Shown here: positions 18,253 through 28,477 of the stretch, piece after piece | Layout: each line of letters starts with the position of its first letter | Numbering within the stretch: the first letter of the stretch is position 1 | Source of the DNA: a virus | DNA length: 64,000 bases | Virus record (IMG/VR): IMGVR_UViG_3300036715_002359 | Span: 1-64,000 of that record | Reading direction: 5' to 3' (one strand) | Notes under the pieces: generated by a model | Databases searched by the model: none | The model's input: only the letters and a program-made list of their open reading frames with translations | What the model was told of the DNA's origin: nothing | Position numbers and translations under genes: made by a program

Positions 18253-18543
18253 ATGGACCCCCATAAAATTAAAAGCTATGTTTTACAGCACGAGTATAAA
18301 CTACCTAATGATCAAGTCCAACTTACAAAGCCTATGAAGGTTTTTAAAAAGGTTCTGGTTTTAAAAGATTTGTTTCTGTATAACGCTAATAATATTAAAG
18401 CATATAATCATACAGAAGCAGGTAGACGTCTTCGTAGATCATTAGCTAAACCGACAGGCGGATTTTGTTTTGATTGGACTACATGTGAAGCAGGTATTCA
18501 TTTCTTTGTGGATGTAGGATCTGCAATACACTATCGTGGCTAA
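18253..18543 (+). CDS. Shorter paralog of 17746-18246
   Basis: Shares LPN-Q-QL-KPMKVFKKV and C--GIHFFV. Confidence 0.65.
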   Translation: MDPHKIKSYVLQHEYKLPNDQVQLTKPMKVFKKVLVLKDLFLYNANNIKAYNHTEAGRRLRRSLAKPTGGFCFDWTTCEAGIHFFVDVGSAIHYRG

Positions 18544-19066
18544 ATGGGTTCTAGTTGATGTAGAATCTGATGGTCCTTGTCCAGGCATAGATATGTACTC
18601 AATGGTTTGTTTTGGAGCTGTTGTTCTAGGAGATAAACTAGACAACAGTTTTTATGGACAAACATCACCGATCAGTGAAAAGTACATTCCCGATGCCTTG
18701 GCAATATCAGGATTCACAAGAACCCAACACGAAAAGTTTGATGATCCGAAACTAACTATGGATAAATTTGCTGAATGGCTAAAAAGTATTAACGAACCCA
18801 TAGTTTTAGTTTCTGATAATCCAGCTTTTGATTGGCAATTCGTTAATTATTATCTCCATAAGTACACTGGCAATAATCCTTTTGGATTTTCAGCTCGTCG
18901 TATAGGGGATATGTACGCAGGTATTATGCGTAATTCAGGTGCAGCAAATAACTGGAAGAAGTATCGTAAGACCAAACACACTCATAACCCTGTTGACGAT
19001 GCTAAAGGCAATGCTGAAGCATTGTTGGTGTTTAGGGATAAATATAATTTTAAGGTACCAACATGA
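18536..19066 (+). CDS. DEDDh 3'-5' exonuclease (DnaQ/RNase AS-like)
   Basis: DVESDG, FDW and H-P-DDA motifs. Confidence 0.88.
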   Translation: MAKWVLVDVESDGPCPGIDMYSMVCFGAVVLGDKLDNSFYGQTSPISEKYIPDALAISGFTRTQHEKFDDPKLTMDKFAEWLKSINEPIVLVSDNPAFDWQFVNYYLHKYTGNNPFGFSARRIGDMYAGIMRNSGAANNWKKYRKTKHTHNPVDDAKGNAEALLVFRDKYNFKVPT

Positions 19067-19446
19067 ACCAAACAAAAATAGATTTACTAAAAACTCAAAT
19101 AGCTAACCAAAATTCGCTTATTAGAGCACAAGAGAATACCCTCATGGCTATCGAAGTTTTATGTCGCAGCCAAGCAGGGCTTCCAGCTCCAACTGATTAC
19201 AACAAATATGTAACTAATAAGCATGCGGCAAATTCGACTTTAAATGAATACAAAAATAAGTTGACTGATCTTAAAACTGCCCTTAAAGCAGCTGAAACTC
19301 CTCCTATGCTTCAACGCATTAATCACACACCTACAGCTAGTGTTTACGCATCTCAAACAAATGTAGCTCCGGCTTGGCCTTACCCAACTCCACCAGCATT
19401 ACAACCTATTCCTAAGGCTGTACGAACTGAGGTTCGATTCGGATAA
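19063..19446 (+). CDS. Hypothetical coiled-coil protein
   Basis: Coupled ORF in operon. Confidence 0.65.
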   Translation: MNQTKIDLLKTQIANQNSLIRAQENTLMAIEVLCRSQAGLPAPTDYNKYVTNKHAANSTLNEYKNKLTDLKTALKAAETPPMLQRINHTPTASVYASQTNVAPAWPYPTPPALQPIPKAVRTEVRFG

Positions 19447-20621
19447 TGTCTGATTATAAGAGGAATATACAGCCAGGTATACCTACCTCAGTACCTAGAG
19501 TAGGTAACATACTACAACCAGATGTTTTTGATAGAGTAGTGGACACTATCCTTAAGGCCCGTCGTTCCAGAAAAGCTAAACATAATGTAACACTTACAGA
19601 AGGAAAAAATTTGAGTACTGAACTTGATCCCTCCGAAACCGAAGTACTTTACTCAGCAAGTGATTTTGCTGAGTATTTACTTCATTCTTTTCTTAAACGT
19701 AATCTGTTACAGAAGGTAGATGTCCGTAGACATCAAAAGAAATCCATCTGGGTACGAGCAGAAAATGCTTCAGAGATGTTGGATCTCCTGGCTAAAAAAT
19801 ACTCGTTAAACATCACTCAAGATAGTTCCAAAACGTTCCTGATAAACGATGTAGTATTCATTTGTTTGAATGCTACTAAAGGTGAATTTATCGGCATTAG
19901 AATCTATTCAGTTAGTAAAGAACTTTCTGAAGAGATTATCAAAGATGTGGACTCTTTTTCATGCACAGCTAATCAATTGTCCTTTGAATGGATTTATTCT
20001 CCAGAAGGTCATAGCATGACTATTACTGAAGAATGGGATGAAACTGTGGATGCCAGTTTGTATCCTAATATTCAAGACTTTGATACATTCACAAAACGAT
20101 TCATTGAGTCGAAAAGTAATATACTTATTCTTCAAGGTCCACCAGGTACAGGTAAGACGACTTTGATTAAGCATTTAATGTTAGCCATGAACAACAAGGC
20201 TTATGTTACTTATGACTCCAGAGTTTTAAGTAATGATGGCTCATTTGCTCGTTACATGGAAGATAGTAGTGCGGGTGCTTTCATCATTGAAGATGCTGAT
20301 ACTTTTCTTAAATCTCGTGCTGAGGGTAACGAAATGGTTTCTCGTTTCCTTAACGTTGGCGATGGTTTGATTAAGTTGAAGAACAAGAAGTTGATCTTCT
20401 CCACTAACTTACCAAATCTTAATGATATCGATTCTGCCTTGATTCGCCCAGGTCGTTGTTTTGGTATTATTAACTTCAGAGCGTTGACTCGTGATGAAGC
20501 TCAAGTAGTGGCTGATAAACGTGGCTTTACTTTGGAAGCTGATAAAAAGACTTTTACTGTAGCTGAAATTTTCAATTCTCCAGTTCTTAAAAAGGAAGAA
20601 GCCAAGTTCGGTTTTTGTTAG
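19446..20621 (+). CDS. AAA+ ATPase
   Basis: Walker A GPPGTGKT, Walker B IIEDAD, STN, D-ALIRPGR. Confidence 0.92.
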   Translation: MSDYKRNIQPGIPTSVPRVGNILQPDVFDRVVDTILKARRSRKAKHNVTLTEGKNLSTELDPSETEVLYSASDFAEYLLHSFLKRNLLQKVDVRRHQKKSIWVRAENASEMLDLLAKKYSLNITQDSSKTFLINDVVFICLNATKGEFIGIRIYSVSKELSEEIIKDVDSFSCTANQLSFEWIYSPEGHSMTITEEWDETVDASLYPNIQDFDTFTKRFIESKSNILILQGPPGTGKTTLIKHLMLAMNNKAYVTYDSRVLSNDGSFARYMEDSSAGAFIIEDADTFLKSRAEGNEMVSRFLNVGDGLIKLKNKKLIFSTNLPNLNDIDSALIRPGRCFGIINFRALTRDEAQVVADKRGFTLEADKKTFTVAEIFNSPVLKKEEAKFGFC

Positions 20622-20622
20622 T

Positions 20623-20820
20623 ATGAAAAGAGAAGACGCTCTCAAAATTGCTCGATCTCCTGAAGGTGGAGCATGGGCTGCTTGTGATCCAGATAAGGTA
20701 ACCAGATTACTTATGCTGATTAACGAAGTTGAGAAAACTACTTGGGGCAAGGCTAATGAAACTATCCAAAAATTAACCAAAGGGTATGATCCTCGTTTAG
20801 AAGATATGCCTCCGAGTTAA
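20623..20820 (+). CDS. Hypothetical protein
   Basis: Abuts ATPase gene. Confidence 0.55.
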   Translation: MKREDALKIARSPEGGAWAACDPDKVTRLLMLINEVEKTTWGKANETIQKLTKGYDPRLEDMPPS

Positions 20821-20887
20821 ATCTCGATGCCTCTTCTTGGTATAAGAAAAATGTAGTAAATATTAACTTAACTTTTGAAAGAAGATC

Positions 20888-21280
20888 ATGAAGACGAATT
20901 CACGTTTACTCGGTACCATCGGTGCCATTATCATTATGGTTGTGCTCGTTTTTACATTCAAAGACGCAAGGGCTGATTGCTACTCGGACGGTGTTAGAAA
21001 AGGAGAAATACAAAAGTTCTCAGCCAAGGGTCTGATCAATAAAAGCTGGGAAGGTGAAATGGTTCAAGACGGTGTTCGTGGTAAGCAAGTGGGTCAGTCA
21101 GCCGCTGTCACTAACATCTGGAAATTTTCTGTTACCGACCCTGCTGTAGCAAAGAAAGTTGAAGCAGCAATGTTTGAAGGTGGTCGAGTAGCAGTTAAGT
21201 ATTGCCAATCTGCCTTTACCAATTCTTTGATGCAGAACACTTCCTACACCGTTACTGACGTCAAGGTTATACCAAAATGA
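20888..21280 (+). CDS. Membrane-anchored/exported protein
   Basis: N-terminal hydrophobic helix; YS-G-R-G---KFS-KG---KSWEGE; promoter 20837-20846. Confidence 0.75.
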   Translation: MKTNSRLLGTIGAIIIMVVLVFTFKDARADCYSDGVRKGEIQKFSAKGLINKSWEGEMVQDGVRGKQVGQSAAVTNIWKFSVTDPAVAKKVEAAMFEGGRVAVKYCQSAFTNSLMQNTSYTVTDVKVIPK

Positions 21281-21510
21281 AATCTTGGTTAATAATCTTT
21301 TTGGTCACGATTCTTTTAATTGCGTGTGCTCCAAAAGACTTCGTAACTACTGGCGGCAAAGCTGTACCTCTAGCTTACGCTGCATCAGAATTTTGTTATG
21401 ACGGGGTAGTATATGTGGAATTTGGTACTGGTAATTCTGCTACTGGTAGTGTCAAATTTACTCCAGACGATAAAGTTGTTACTTGTACGTATTCCCCTCA
21501 AAAGAAATAA
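21277..21510 (+). CDS. Small lipoprotein
   Basis: Signal peptide with LIAC lipobox. Confidence 0.7.
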   Translation: MKSWLIIFLVTILLIACAPKDFVTTGGKAVPLAYAASEFCYDGVVYVEFGTGNSATGSVKFTPDDKVVTCTYSPQKK

Positions 21511-21588
21511 ACTAAAGCCGGACTAACACCCGGCTTTTTTTAGCTGATTTAAGACGTTTTTAAATTAGCAAGTCCCACCCTATTAAAA

Positions 21589-21846
21589 ATGTTTAAACGT
21601 GGCTCCAAGAGCCTATACGAAAGAAATAGAATGACACGAGAACTAATCATAGATGGTGTTGTACGAGGTTTGATTATTGAGAATCAACCTGATGGTGTTT
21701 GCACTGATTGTGGTGCTATTGAAGAAACTAGACCATATGGTAAATATGGAGCTGAAATTTGTTTTACTTGTGGTATGAAAGATAAAGATCAAACTAATGC
21801 TATGTTTGAAAAACGTTTAGAAGCCATGGGAAGTAAAGTTCACTAA
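21589..21846 (+). CDS. Small Zn-finger protein
   Basis: CTDC...ETRPYG...CFTC; true start may be 21631. Confidence 0.65.
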   Translation: MFKRGSKSLYERNRMTRELIIDGVVRGLIIENQPDGVCTDCGAIEETRPYGKYGAEICFTCGMKDKDQTNAMFEKRLEAMGSKVH

Positions 21847-21892
21847 GCCAATTTGGTATAAGTAGAGTGGATAATAACTAAAGGAATTTTCC

Positions 21893-22102
21893 ATGAATAC
21901 CTTAAATATTAACACTGAACTTGTAATTGGTTTCTTTGTCGTGCTCTTTACTGGATATTTGGCACAAGTAGCATTTGTTGATGCTCCAGTAAAAGAGTTG
22001 GAACGTAATTCGTTTCGACTTGGTTGCATTCAAGTGGGTATCGATCCCCACGATGTATGTGACAAAAAAGCAATTGAATATATACGCAGTAAGCACAAAT
22101 AA
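21893..22102 (+). CDS. Small membrane protein
   Basis: AAGGA RBS; one TM segment; promoter 21853-21862. Confidence 0.65.
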   Translation: MNTLNINTELVIGFFVVLFTGYLAQVAFVDAPVKELERNSFRLGCIQVGIDPHDVCDKKAIEYIRSKHK

Positions 22103-22344
22103 AGGGTAGGATCATTCCAATTTACCAGGAACGATACGTCAGAGATATCGATGCTCAAAAAGGTCGAAACAGGCATTACCAACGAATCGATAAGTTGATC
22201 AAGAAAAAGTATAATCTCTCTGATGACATGATTTTGGAAATCAATGGGGTAAAGTATGTAATGGATGCCGAAATAGAAGTAGTCAATCCTATGGCATCTG
22301 ATCAGTCTGCCTACAAGTCTATGAAGTTGAATTTGATGTTGTAA
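22093..22344 (+). pseudogene. Open frame without a canonical 5' start (gene relic?)
   Basis: 83 stop-free codons (…IIPIYQERYVRDID…LNLML*) before terminator ~22354-22382. Confidence 0.35.
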
Positions 22345-22400
22345 CAGACAAAGAAAAAGCCCAGATAAACTGGGCTTTTTTTAGCTTTGCTAAGTTTAGA

Positions 22401-23294
22401 TTAGAAATCGCAGACGATTGCGCCGTCAACGTTACCAATACCAGAACCGATTGCTTCGTATGTTTCGAATTCGATCATATCAGCTTCAGTCTTCAAGAAC
22501 ACAGTAGCGTCTTGCAAGCTGTAGAATTGACCAAGGTACTCTTGCGGAGCAAAAACGATACAACGGTTAGTAGGCAGAATATCTGATTTGTTAGTTGTAA
22601 TGATTTTGTAACCGAAGAAGTTATCCAACGATGCTTGACCACGGAACAGTTCTGAAGCAGCAGGAGAACCGATATCTGTAGCAGCGAAAGTTAACAGATC
22701 AGCATACATAGCCTGAGTCATCAGGATACAACCGACTGGTAATTTTTTAGCTAACAGTTTCTTCACAGCAGCCATCAGGTTCACTTTAGTAAATCCACCA
22801 GAGATGGTAGAAATGTTCGAGTTCGCAGTTGCGATAGAAACGATGTTGTTGTAGAAGTTTACGTCTTCTTGTGCTTGCAAATCTTTGACCGAGTTTTCTT
22901 GCAGAATCGTACGGATGTCTGTACGGTATGTAGCAAGTTCAAACTTCGATTTTTTGAAACGATTCGAAGTGATCTTTTGGAAAGTCACTGGGTAACGTGT
23001 ACCTTTGAAGTAACGAATCTCTGCACGGCCAAGGAAAGGCATGTTTGCAGCAACGCTGTCAGGCTCTTTCTCAACGATAACAGTTGGTTCTTCAGTCAGT
23101 TGACGATCCAACTCGCTAACAGTGATCTGAACTGGGTTCAGAATCTTACGAGTAAAACCATCTTCACGCAGTTTTTGACGGACGAATGCGGACATTGCTG
23201 CACCGGCTTCTTTTTCCATCCCGCCGTCGATCTTGTCTAAGAACGACTTGTTCAAAAATTGAACATTAATTGTTTCTGTATTATATCCGCTCAT
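22401..23294 (-). CDS. Major capsid protein (HK97/encapsulin-like fold)
   Basis: 297 aa; strongly biased codon usage; follows protease, scaffold and decoration genes; REDGFTRKIL and QED--F patterns. Confidence 0.85.
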   Translation of the reverse strand: MSGYNTETINVQFLNKSFLDKIDGGMEKEAGAAMSAFVRQKLREDGFTRKILNPVQITVSELDRQLTEEPTVIVEKEPDSVAANMPFLGRAEIRYFKGTRYPVTFQKITSNRFKKSKFELATYRTDIRTILQENSVKDLQAQEDVNFYNNIVSIATANSNISTISGGFTKVNLMAAVKKLLAKKLPVGCILMTQAMYADLLTFAATDIGSPAASELFRGQASLDNFFGYKIITTNKSDILPTNRCIVFAPQEYLGQFYSLQDATVFLKTEADMIEFETYEAIGSGIGNVDGAIVCDF

Positions 23295-23305
23295 TATTTT
23301 CTCTC

Positions 23306-23749
23306 TTATTTCACAAGAACAGTTAAGTGGGCGGTTTCGGTTGTGCTAACAGCTATCACATCCAGAACAACTGCCACGATTGGATCAGTACCTTGAACAC
23401 CAAGAGTTAACACTCCAGGGTTTGCGGTTTTGATTGTCAGTGGGCTACCAGGTGCATATGTGGGCACAGCGTCATAGTTAGAAACGTCAACAATGAAACC
23501 ACTCCACAGTACAACTGCTTTGTTAGTATTCAGAGATGATGCTGAATCACCATTACCTACCATTACTAGACCAGCTGGGGCACCAGCGGACAGATTGACT
23601 GTCAGAGTTTTCGCTACAGTACCATCGGTCTGCTTTGAAACCCAGTCACCATTTACTAAGGTAGTCGAGGCTTTGATGAGTTCTGCACGCTCTACAGCGC
23701 CATCATTCGGCCAACCACGACGGACCATTGCTACGGCTTCCATCTTCAT
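23306..23749 (-). CDS. Capsid decoration/cement protein
   Basis: Small beta-rich protein directly upstream of the capsid gene. Confidence 0.6.
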   Translation of the reverse strand: MKMEAVAMVRRGWPNDGAVERAELIKASTTLVNGDWVSKQTDGTVAKTLTVNLSAGAPAGLVMVGNGDSASSLNTNKAVVLWSGFIVDVSNYDAVPTYAPGSPLTIKTANPGVLTLGVQGTDPIVAVVLDVIAVSTTETAHLTVLVK

Positions 23750-23866
23750 TTTATAATTCCTTATGTTTGTTTTTACTTACCCCAGCCAAGGCTGAAGCTA
23801 TTATCTTTTCGTTACATTGCTGTAACTAATTCTTATTTTAATGCCTAAATCAAATTACGTCGGAAT

Positions 23867-24331
23867 TTAGTATCCGTTGTTATCATCTTGTCTGTTACTT
23901 TTTAAAGCCATTCCTGCACCAAGTCCCACAGCACCAGCAGCTACAGCACCTTTACCAACTTGAGCTTGAGCACGGCGCATATTTAATTCTGCGTTATTAG
24001 CTTTACCTTGAAGGTCTTTAATTTTTCCACCTAAGCGGTTAACTGCTTTATTATGAGCATCAACGTGAGGTTTAGCACTCATAGCTCCGCCAATTTCATT
24101 GACTCTAGCAGCAGCACTACCTTGGACCATGCCAGGAGTTCTATTACCAATAGATCCGATAGCAGCAGCTCTTGCACTATGTTCGGCTTGTAGACCACTA
24201 AGTTTTTGAGCACGGGCTACTAAAGGTTTGTAATCCTTACCCATAGCAGTACTAACGGTCCTAACACCAGTTTTGATGGCGTTACCAATACCGCTTAATC
24301 CTGCAATTTTTTCTAAGTATTTGTTTGTCAT
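23867..24331 (-). CDS. Internal head protein with NKYLEKIA motif
   Basis: MTNKYLEKIA start; Ala/Gly/Lys-rich. Confidence 0.7.
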   Translation of the reverse strand: MTNKYLEKIAGLSGIGNAIKTGVRTVSTAMGKDYKPLVARAQKLSGLQAEHSARAAAIGSIGNRTPGMVQGSAAARVNEIGGAMSAKPHVDAHNKAVNRLGGKIKDLQGKANNAELNMRRAQAQVGKGAVAAGAVGLGAGMALKSNRQDDNNGY

Positions 24332-24334
24332 GGC

Positions 24335-24916
24335 TTAGCTCAGCATGAACTCAAGCAAAGCGTCAGTCTGTGGTCTAGCAAATCCATCTCCACGGCCCAT
24401 TTCCCAAGGCTCATCCATTACAGACGCAACTTTAGTCAGCAATGCTGGATCCATAGTTTTTAATTGTTCTAAATCTTCGAAAGTAAAAGCACCTGATCCA
24501 GCCATTTTAGTAAATTGTTCTGGTAATTTGATTTCTTCTACTTGAGTAAAATTAGCAGCTTTTTCCAGAGTTTCTGTAGCTTCGTCTAATTTTGTTTCTA
24601 GCTCATCGATATAAGCAGCAGCTTTTTGTAGAAGACCCACGGTTGGATCCACATCAGCTTCTGGTGCAAAAGAAACTAAATCTTTCAAATTTACCTTAGC
24701 AGCTTTAACTAGAGCAACAGCTTGGTCAAGATCAATACCACTCATAGCCATAAGCTCTTGAGCAGCCACTTTTTCCATAGTATGTTGAGCAACTGTTAAA
24801 CGAGCATCTTTATCAGAATACCCAGCTTGTTTTAAAAGACCAATTGCTACTTCTTCAGGCGAACCCAAACGAAGTTCTTCAGCATGGTTTAATAGAGTTT
24901 GTGAAATTTGAGCCAT
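24335..24916 (-). CDS. Head/scaffold-associated protein
   Basis: Multiple K-x-A sites; G-D-D-AV-LVK repeat shared with 25618-26937. Confidence 0.65.
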   Translation of the reverse strand: MAQISQTLLNHAEELRLGSPEEVAIGLLKQAGYSDKDARLTVAQHTMEKVAAQELMAMSGIDLDQAVALVKAAKVNLKDLVSFAPEADVDPTVGLLQKAAAYIDELETKLDEATETLEKAANFTQVEEIKLPEQFTKMAGSGAFTFEDLEQLKTMDPALLTKVASVMDEPWEMGRGDGFARPQTDALLEFMLS

Positions 24917-25500
24917 TATTTGTAATCTTCCTTGAGTAAATCTAATATGTACGGATGAGCTACGTTTATTGATTCTAATGCATTGTCCCTAGCTGCGATA
25001 CGACCTGTATGTGCTCCTACACCTAATCCAGCAATAGCTCCTAATGCTCCTATTTGTAATGCTTTACCAGTAAAAGGTAATCCCCATAGTGCTCCTAGTG
25101 CTCCCCCAGCTAAAGCTCCACCACTCATGTATTTAAGTTGAGTGCTAAAACCTTTATTTTCAATATGGTTAGCATATTCATGATATTGAGGGCGTTCTAA
25201 AGTTACTTGACCAGTTGCAAGATTTTTATTTCCCCAACCAGAATGTCCTGGTATTTGGTAATTTTCAGCAATCTTTTCTAAATATATATTATTCATGGCT
25301 TCTTTATCTAAATGTTTATTAAGTTTAACCGCAGCGTAATCAGTAGCTAAGGCTGTACCTGTACCTAAGGCTGTCATCTTCTTGACACTAGTAGACCAAC
25401 CAAGTTTTTTACCTAGCACATTAGCCCCTAATGTACCTAGAGCACCAGCACCAAAAATAGTGGCTGTGTGTTTAATGTCTTTTTTAGATTGGTCGTTCAT
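24916..25500 (-). CDS. Internal head protein with Gly-zipper segments
   Basis: NIYLEKIA motif; GALAGGALG helices. Confidence 0.65.
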   Translation of the reverse strand: MNDQSKKDIKHTATIFGAGALGTLGANVLGKKLGWSTSVKKMTALGTGTALATDYAAVKLNKHLDKEAMNNIYLEKIAENYQIPGHSGWGNKNLATGQVTLERPQYHEYANHIENKGFSTQLKYMSGGALAGGALGALWGLPFTGKALQIGALGAIAGLGVGAHTGRIAARDNALESINVAHPYILDLLKEDYK

Positions 25501-25617
25501 TTGAACCTTTAATTTTGTTATATAAACTAGGTGATAAAGTCCGCTCTGTTTGCCGGTATATTAGAGCCAATTTATATAAAAAAATGGCCGAGCCGAAGCT
25601 CAGCCAAATTTGTAAGA

Positions 25618-26937
25618 TTAATAACCGTACAGTTCGTCAGCTTTTGCGTTAACCAGATTAACTGCAGTGTCAAAATCAACACCAGCATCAATCAAGCCAT
25701 CAACAGCAGCTTTTTTCTCACGGCCTAAAGCGTAACCAGCAGCACCTCCAAGGCCAGTAGCGCCCACACCGGCAGCAATACCGAATGTTTTAGGATTGGA
25801 CTTAACGATTCTAGCAGCGTTAGAACCAGTAGCTTTAGCCATTTCTTTAGCAGCAGTACCGTATGCATGGGCAGTACCATAAGCATCACCAGCTTTACGA
25901 GCGATGTTAGAACCAGTAGCTTTAGCCATTTCTTTAGCAGCAGTACCGTATGCATGGGCAGTACCAACAGCATCACCAGCTTTACGAGCGATGTTAGAAC
26001 CAGTAGCTTTAGCCATTTCTTTAGCAGCAGTACCGTATGCATGGGCAGTACCATAAGCTTTACCTACAGCAGCTTTAGCAGCTTGCATTTTGCTTGCTGA
26101 TTTGATCAGAGCAACGGCAAAGTCAAAATCAACACCCGAATCCAACAGTTCGTTGAATGCAGCTTGCTTAACTTGTTCTTCGTGTTCTTCTTCCAATTCA
26201 TCAGAAGCTTGCTTAACCAGATTAACAGCTTCATCAAAATCCAGACCAGAATTAACCAGAGCTATAACAGCTGCAGTTTTCTCTTGGTCTGTGCCGTTCA
26301 GACCAGCAGGACCAACGATACCAACTTGAGCTGGAACTTGGTCATTAATAGCACCTTCAGCATGAGCAGTATTACCAGTTTCTTGTTCGTCTTTAGCACT
26401 TGTTGAAGCCATAGCGTCAGAAACGATAGCATCGAAGATTTGGTTAATGGTACCACCATTGCCTAGACCATCAGTTCCAGGAGTTGCTTGGAACGACATG
26501 TCGTGTTCAGCACGTTGTTGAGCCAGATCAACTTGAGTCTTGTTTGGCACAACCCCAGCAGGGATACCATTTGAAGTGCTCTCGTCGCCTACACCGGCTT
26601 GTTTCAGTAATGCTTGAGCTAGTGCTTTACCAGCGTAAGAAGCTTGTTTGTTCATTTCTTCACCTTTGTTAGTTTGTTCAGTTGTTTTGGAAGCAGCTAC
26701 TTTTTCCATGATTTCTTTTGCAAGATCTGATCCAGCTTTGAAAGCCGCTGATGCAGTTTTTTCTTGATCTTTCTTACCGGCCAAAGTTACGCTTTTGTCG
26801 CCGTCTTCTTCTTCTTCATCTTTAGCAGTAACTTTAGCAGCAGCTGCAGCTTTGTCTTCCGCTTCTTTATCGGAGGCATCGCTAGCAGATTTTTCTAAGT
26901 CTTGCAAAAGACTATCAAGAGTATATAATTGGTTCAT
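25618..26937 (-). CDS. Putative scaffold/internal head protein
   Basis: Acidic, Ala-rich; about 10 K-x-A-[SAG] sites; directly downstream of the protease. Confidence 0.65.
   Translation of the reverse strand: MNQLYTLDSLLQDLEKSASDASDKEAEDKAAAAAKVTAKDEEEEDGDKSVTLAGKKDQEKTASAAFKAGSDLAKEIMEKVAASKTTEQTNKGEEMNKQASYAGKALAQALLKQAGVGDESTSNGIPAGVVPNKTQVDLAQQRAEHDMSFQATPGTDGLGNGGTINQIFDAIVSDAMASTSAKDEQETGNTAHAEGAINDQVPAQVGIVGPAGLNGTDQEKTAAVIALVNSGLDFDEAVNLVKQASDELEEEHEEQVKQAAFNELLDSGVDFDFAVALIKSASKMQAAKAAVGKAYGTAHAYGTAAKEMAKATGSNIARKAGDAVGTAHAYGTAAKEMAKATGSNIARKAGDAYGTAHAYGTAAKEMAKATGSNAARIVKSNPKTFGIAAGVGATGLGGAAGYALGREKKAAVDGLIDAGVDFDTAVNLVNAKADELYGY
25819..26058 (-). repeat. 87-nt in-frame tandem repeat, about 2.75 copies
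   Basis: Units start at 25819, 25906 and 25993; nearly identical DNA; encodes GTAHAYGTAAKEMAKATGSNIARKAGDA[VY]. Confidence 0.95.
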
Positions 26938-27010
26938 TTTTGATTAGTCCTTTTAACTATATTTTTAAGGTAGCTTAATTCTACCTAGTTGGGTGTTCCT
27001 TGTCAAATCT

Positions 27011-28477
27011 TTATTGATTCTTTATAATCTTAACCATAGCCGCTTTAGCCAGTTGGTATGTAAGTTTATAATCAGATGCTGACTTAACTAGAATTATTTT
27101 AACCGGTGAATTACCGTTAGTGTTTACAGATTCTTTCATTCTTGCTTCGATGGCACGAGTGATGTACCATTTTGCTGCAACTGCTGCACTACCTATTGAT
27201 AGTATAGTGTGGATTATTCTAATCAAACCTTCTTTACCTTCTGGTTGAAGGTTGACTGCTTTGAATCTTTCATAATTAGTTGGTTCGATATGAGGGCCGT
27301 TACCAATGTATCCAACGTTACTATATTCAGATGCTCTTTTTTCTACAAATTCTGGGAGTAAAGAACATTCAGGAATAGATGATTTTAAAGTTGTTGCAAT
27401 ATCAAAACTAGGATCATGTGAGGTATACTCTTCTTCAGAGAAGGTCATGTTTTTAGCACCGGTTTCGTGTACCACTGAGGCAACGAGCGAACCAATTCCT
27501 TCTGCACTTGGTCCCATAGTTTTACGGGCTATAAGTTCTGATAAAAAAGTAATAGAAGGACTAATTCCTAAATCTGCCATAGTGGCAAAGATTTCAGGTA
27601 ATTTGAAGTGTTGTAACATACCAATAACTTTTAAATCAGGATCTTTAACCTTATTTAACATAGGTTCAAGACTCTCTGAGTAATCAGCTATGTCTCCATC
27701 CACTTCTTTGATAAATTCTGATAATTTTTTAAACGCAGCTCGTTTTTCTCCATCAACGATTTCGTCTGCTGATGCAGCATCGACTGATCCAATGATTCTA
27801 CCGTTTTCACTTGCTACTTTTTGTAGCACTGAACTGGTAACATCAGCGGGACGAATGACAATACTCATATCGAAGAACTTAAGAGGAGCAACATTTAATG
27901 CCATAACCTTACGTCCATCAGGATAAACTTTACCTAAATTTTCACTTAGATGCTCACAATACTCTTGACGAGTATGAGCTTTGTTTCCACAGATCGAACA
28001 TACGTCATATGGTGTGCGGCAGGCCATCGAAGTAGCTGGAAAGTCTCCAGTTTCTATACGAGCAACAACGTCACTACCTTTGTCTTTATCAATCCATGCT
28101 ATGATTTCCACACGATGCATACGTTCGTTATAAATAGCGAAGATAACCTGACCAATAGCAATAGCTGGATTTTTGTTTATATGGTTACGGAATATATGAG
28201 CAGGACTAGTTTCAAAAGTTTTGTAACAATCAATTAGATTATGCTCTGGAAAATAATCGGCGTTACGATTAGCTCCATACCATTCACCAGCACCCATAGC
28301 CAAGATGTGTACATATACCTTGTTTGGTTCTGGTTTAATTTGTGATGTGAAATCACGAATGCGAATATCTGCAGACGCTTGTTTTAAAAGGCCTCTTGAG
28401 CTATTAAAATCCAAGATAGTAACTTGTGGTTCATCTTTGAAAATAGATGAATTATCTATAAGTTTAGTTAAGGCCAT
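27011..28477 (-). CDS. Putative prohead maturation protease
   Basis: N-N-D-F, F-NH, TSMAC (serine) and FFDMSIV-PAD pattern of HK97/herpes-type proteases; CxxC...CEH insert. Confidence 0.7.
   Translation of the reverse strand: MALTKLIDNSSIFKDEPQVTILDFNSSRGLLKQASADIRIRDFTSQIKPEPNKVYVHILAMGAGEWYGANRNADYFPEHNLIDCYKTFETSPAHIFRNHINKNPAIAIGQVIFAIYNERMHRVEIIAWIDKDKGSDVVARIETGDFPATSMACRTPYDVCSICGNKAHTRQEYCEHLSENLGKVYPDGRKVMALNVAPLKFFDMSIVIRPADVTSSVLQKVASENGRIIGSVDAASADEIVDGEKRAAFKKLSEFIKEVDGDIADYSESLEPMLNKVKDPDLKVIGMLQHFKLPEIFATMADLGISPSITFLSELIARKTMGPSAEGIGSLVASVVHETGAKNMTFSEEEYTSHDPSFDIATTLKSSIPECSLLPEFVEKRASEYSNVGYIGNGPHIEPTNYERFKAVNLQPEGKEGLIRIIHTILSIGSAAVAAKWYITRAIEARMKESVNTNGNSPVKIILVKSASDYKLTYQLAKAAMVKIIKNQ

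Noticed and set aside
20888-21510. Spanin pair
   Set aside because: TM protein plus lipoprotein, but under an early-type promoter, without a coiled-coil periplasmic domain or adjacent lysis genes.
21893-22344. Programmed -1 frameshift joining 21893-22102 to the downstream open frame
   Set aside because: The A-run at ~22064 is followed by a stop at 22090 in the -1 frame, and no slippery site lies after it.
25725-26100. Repeat-containing ORFs in other frames, or an array
   Set aside because: Explained by the in-frame 87-nt coding repeat; there are no unique spacers.
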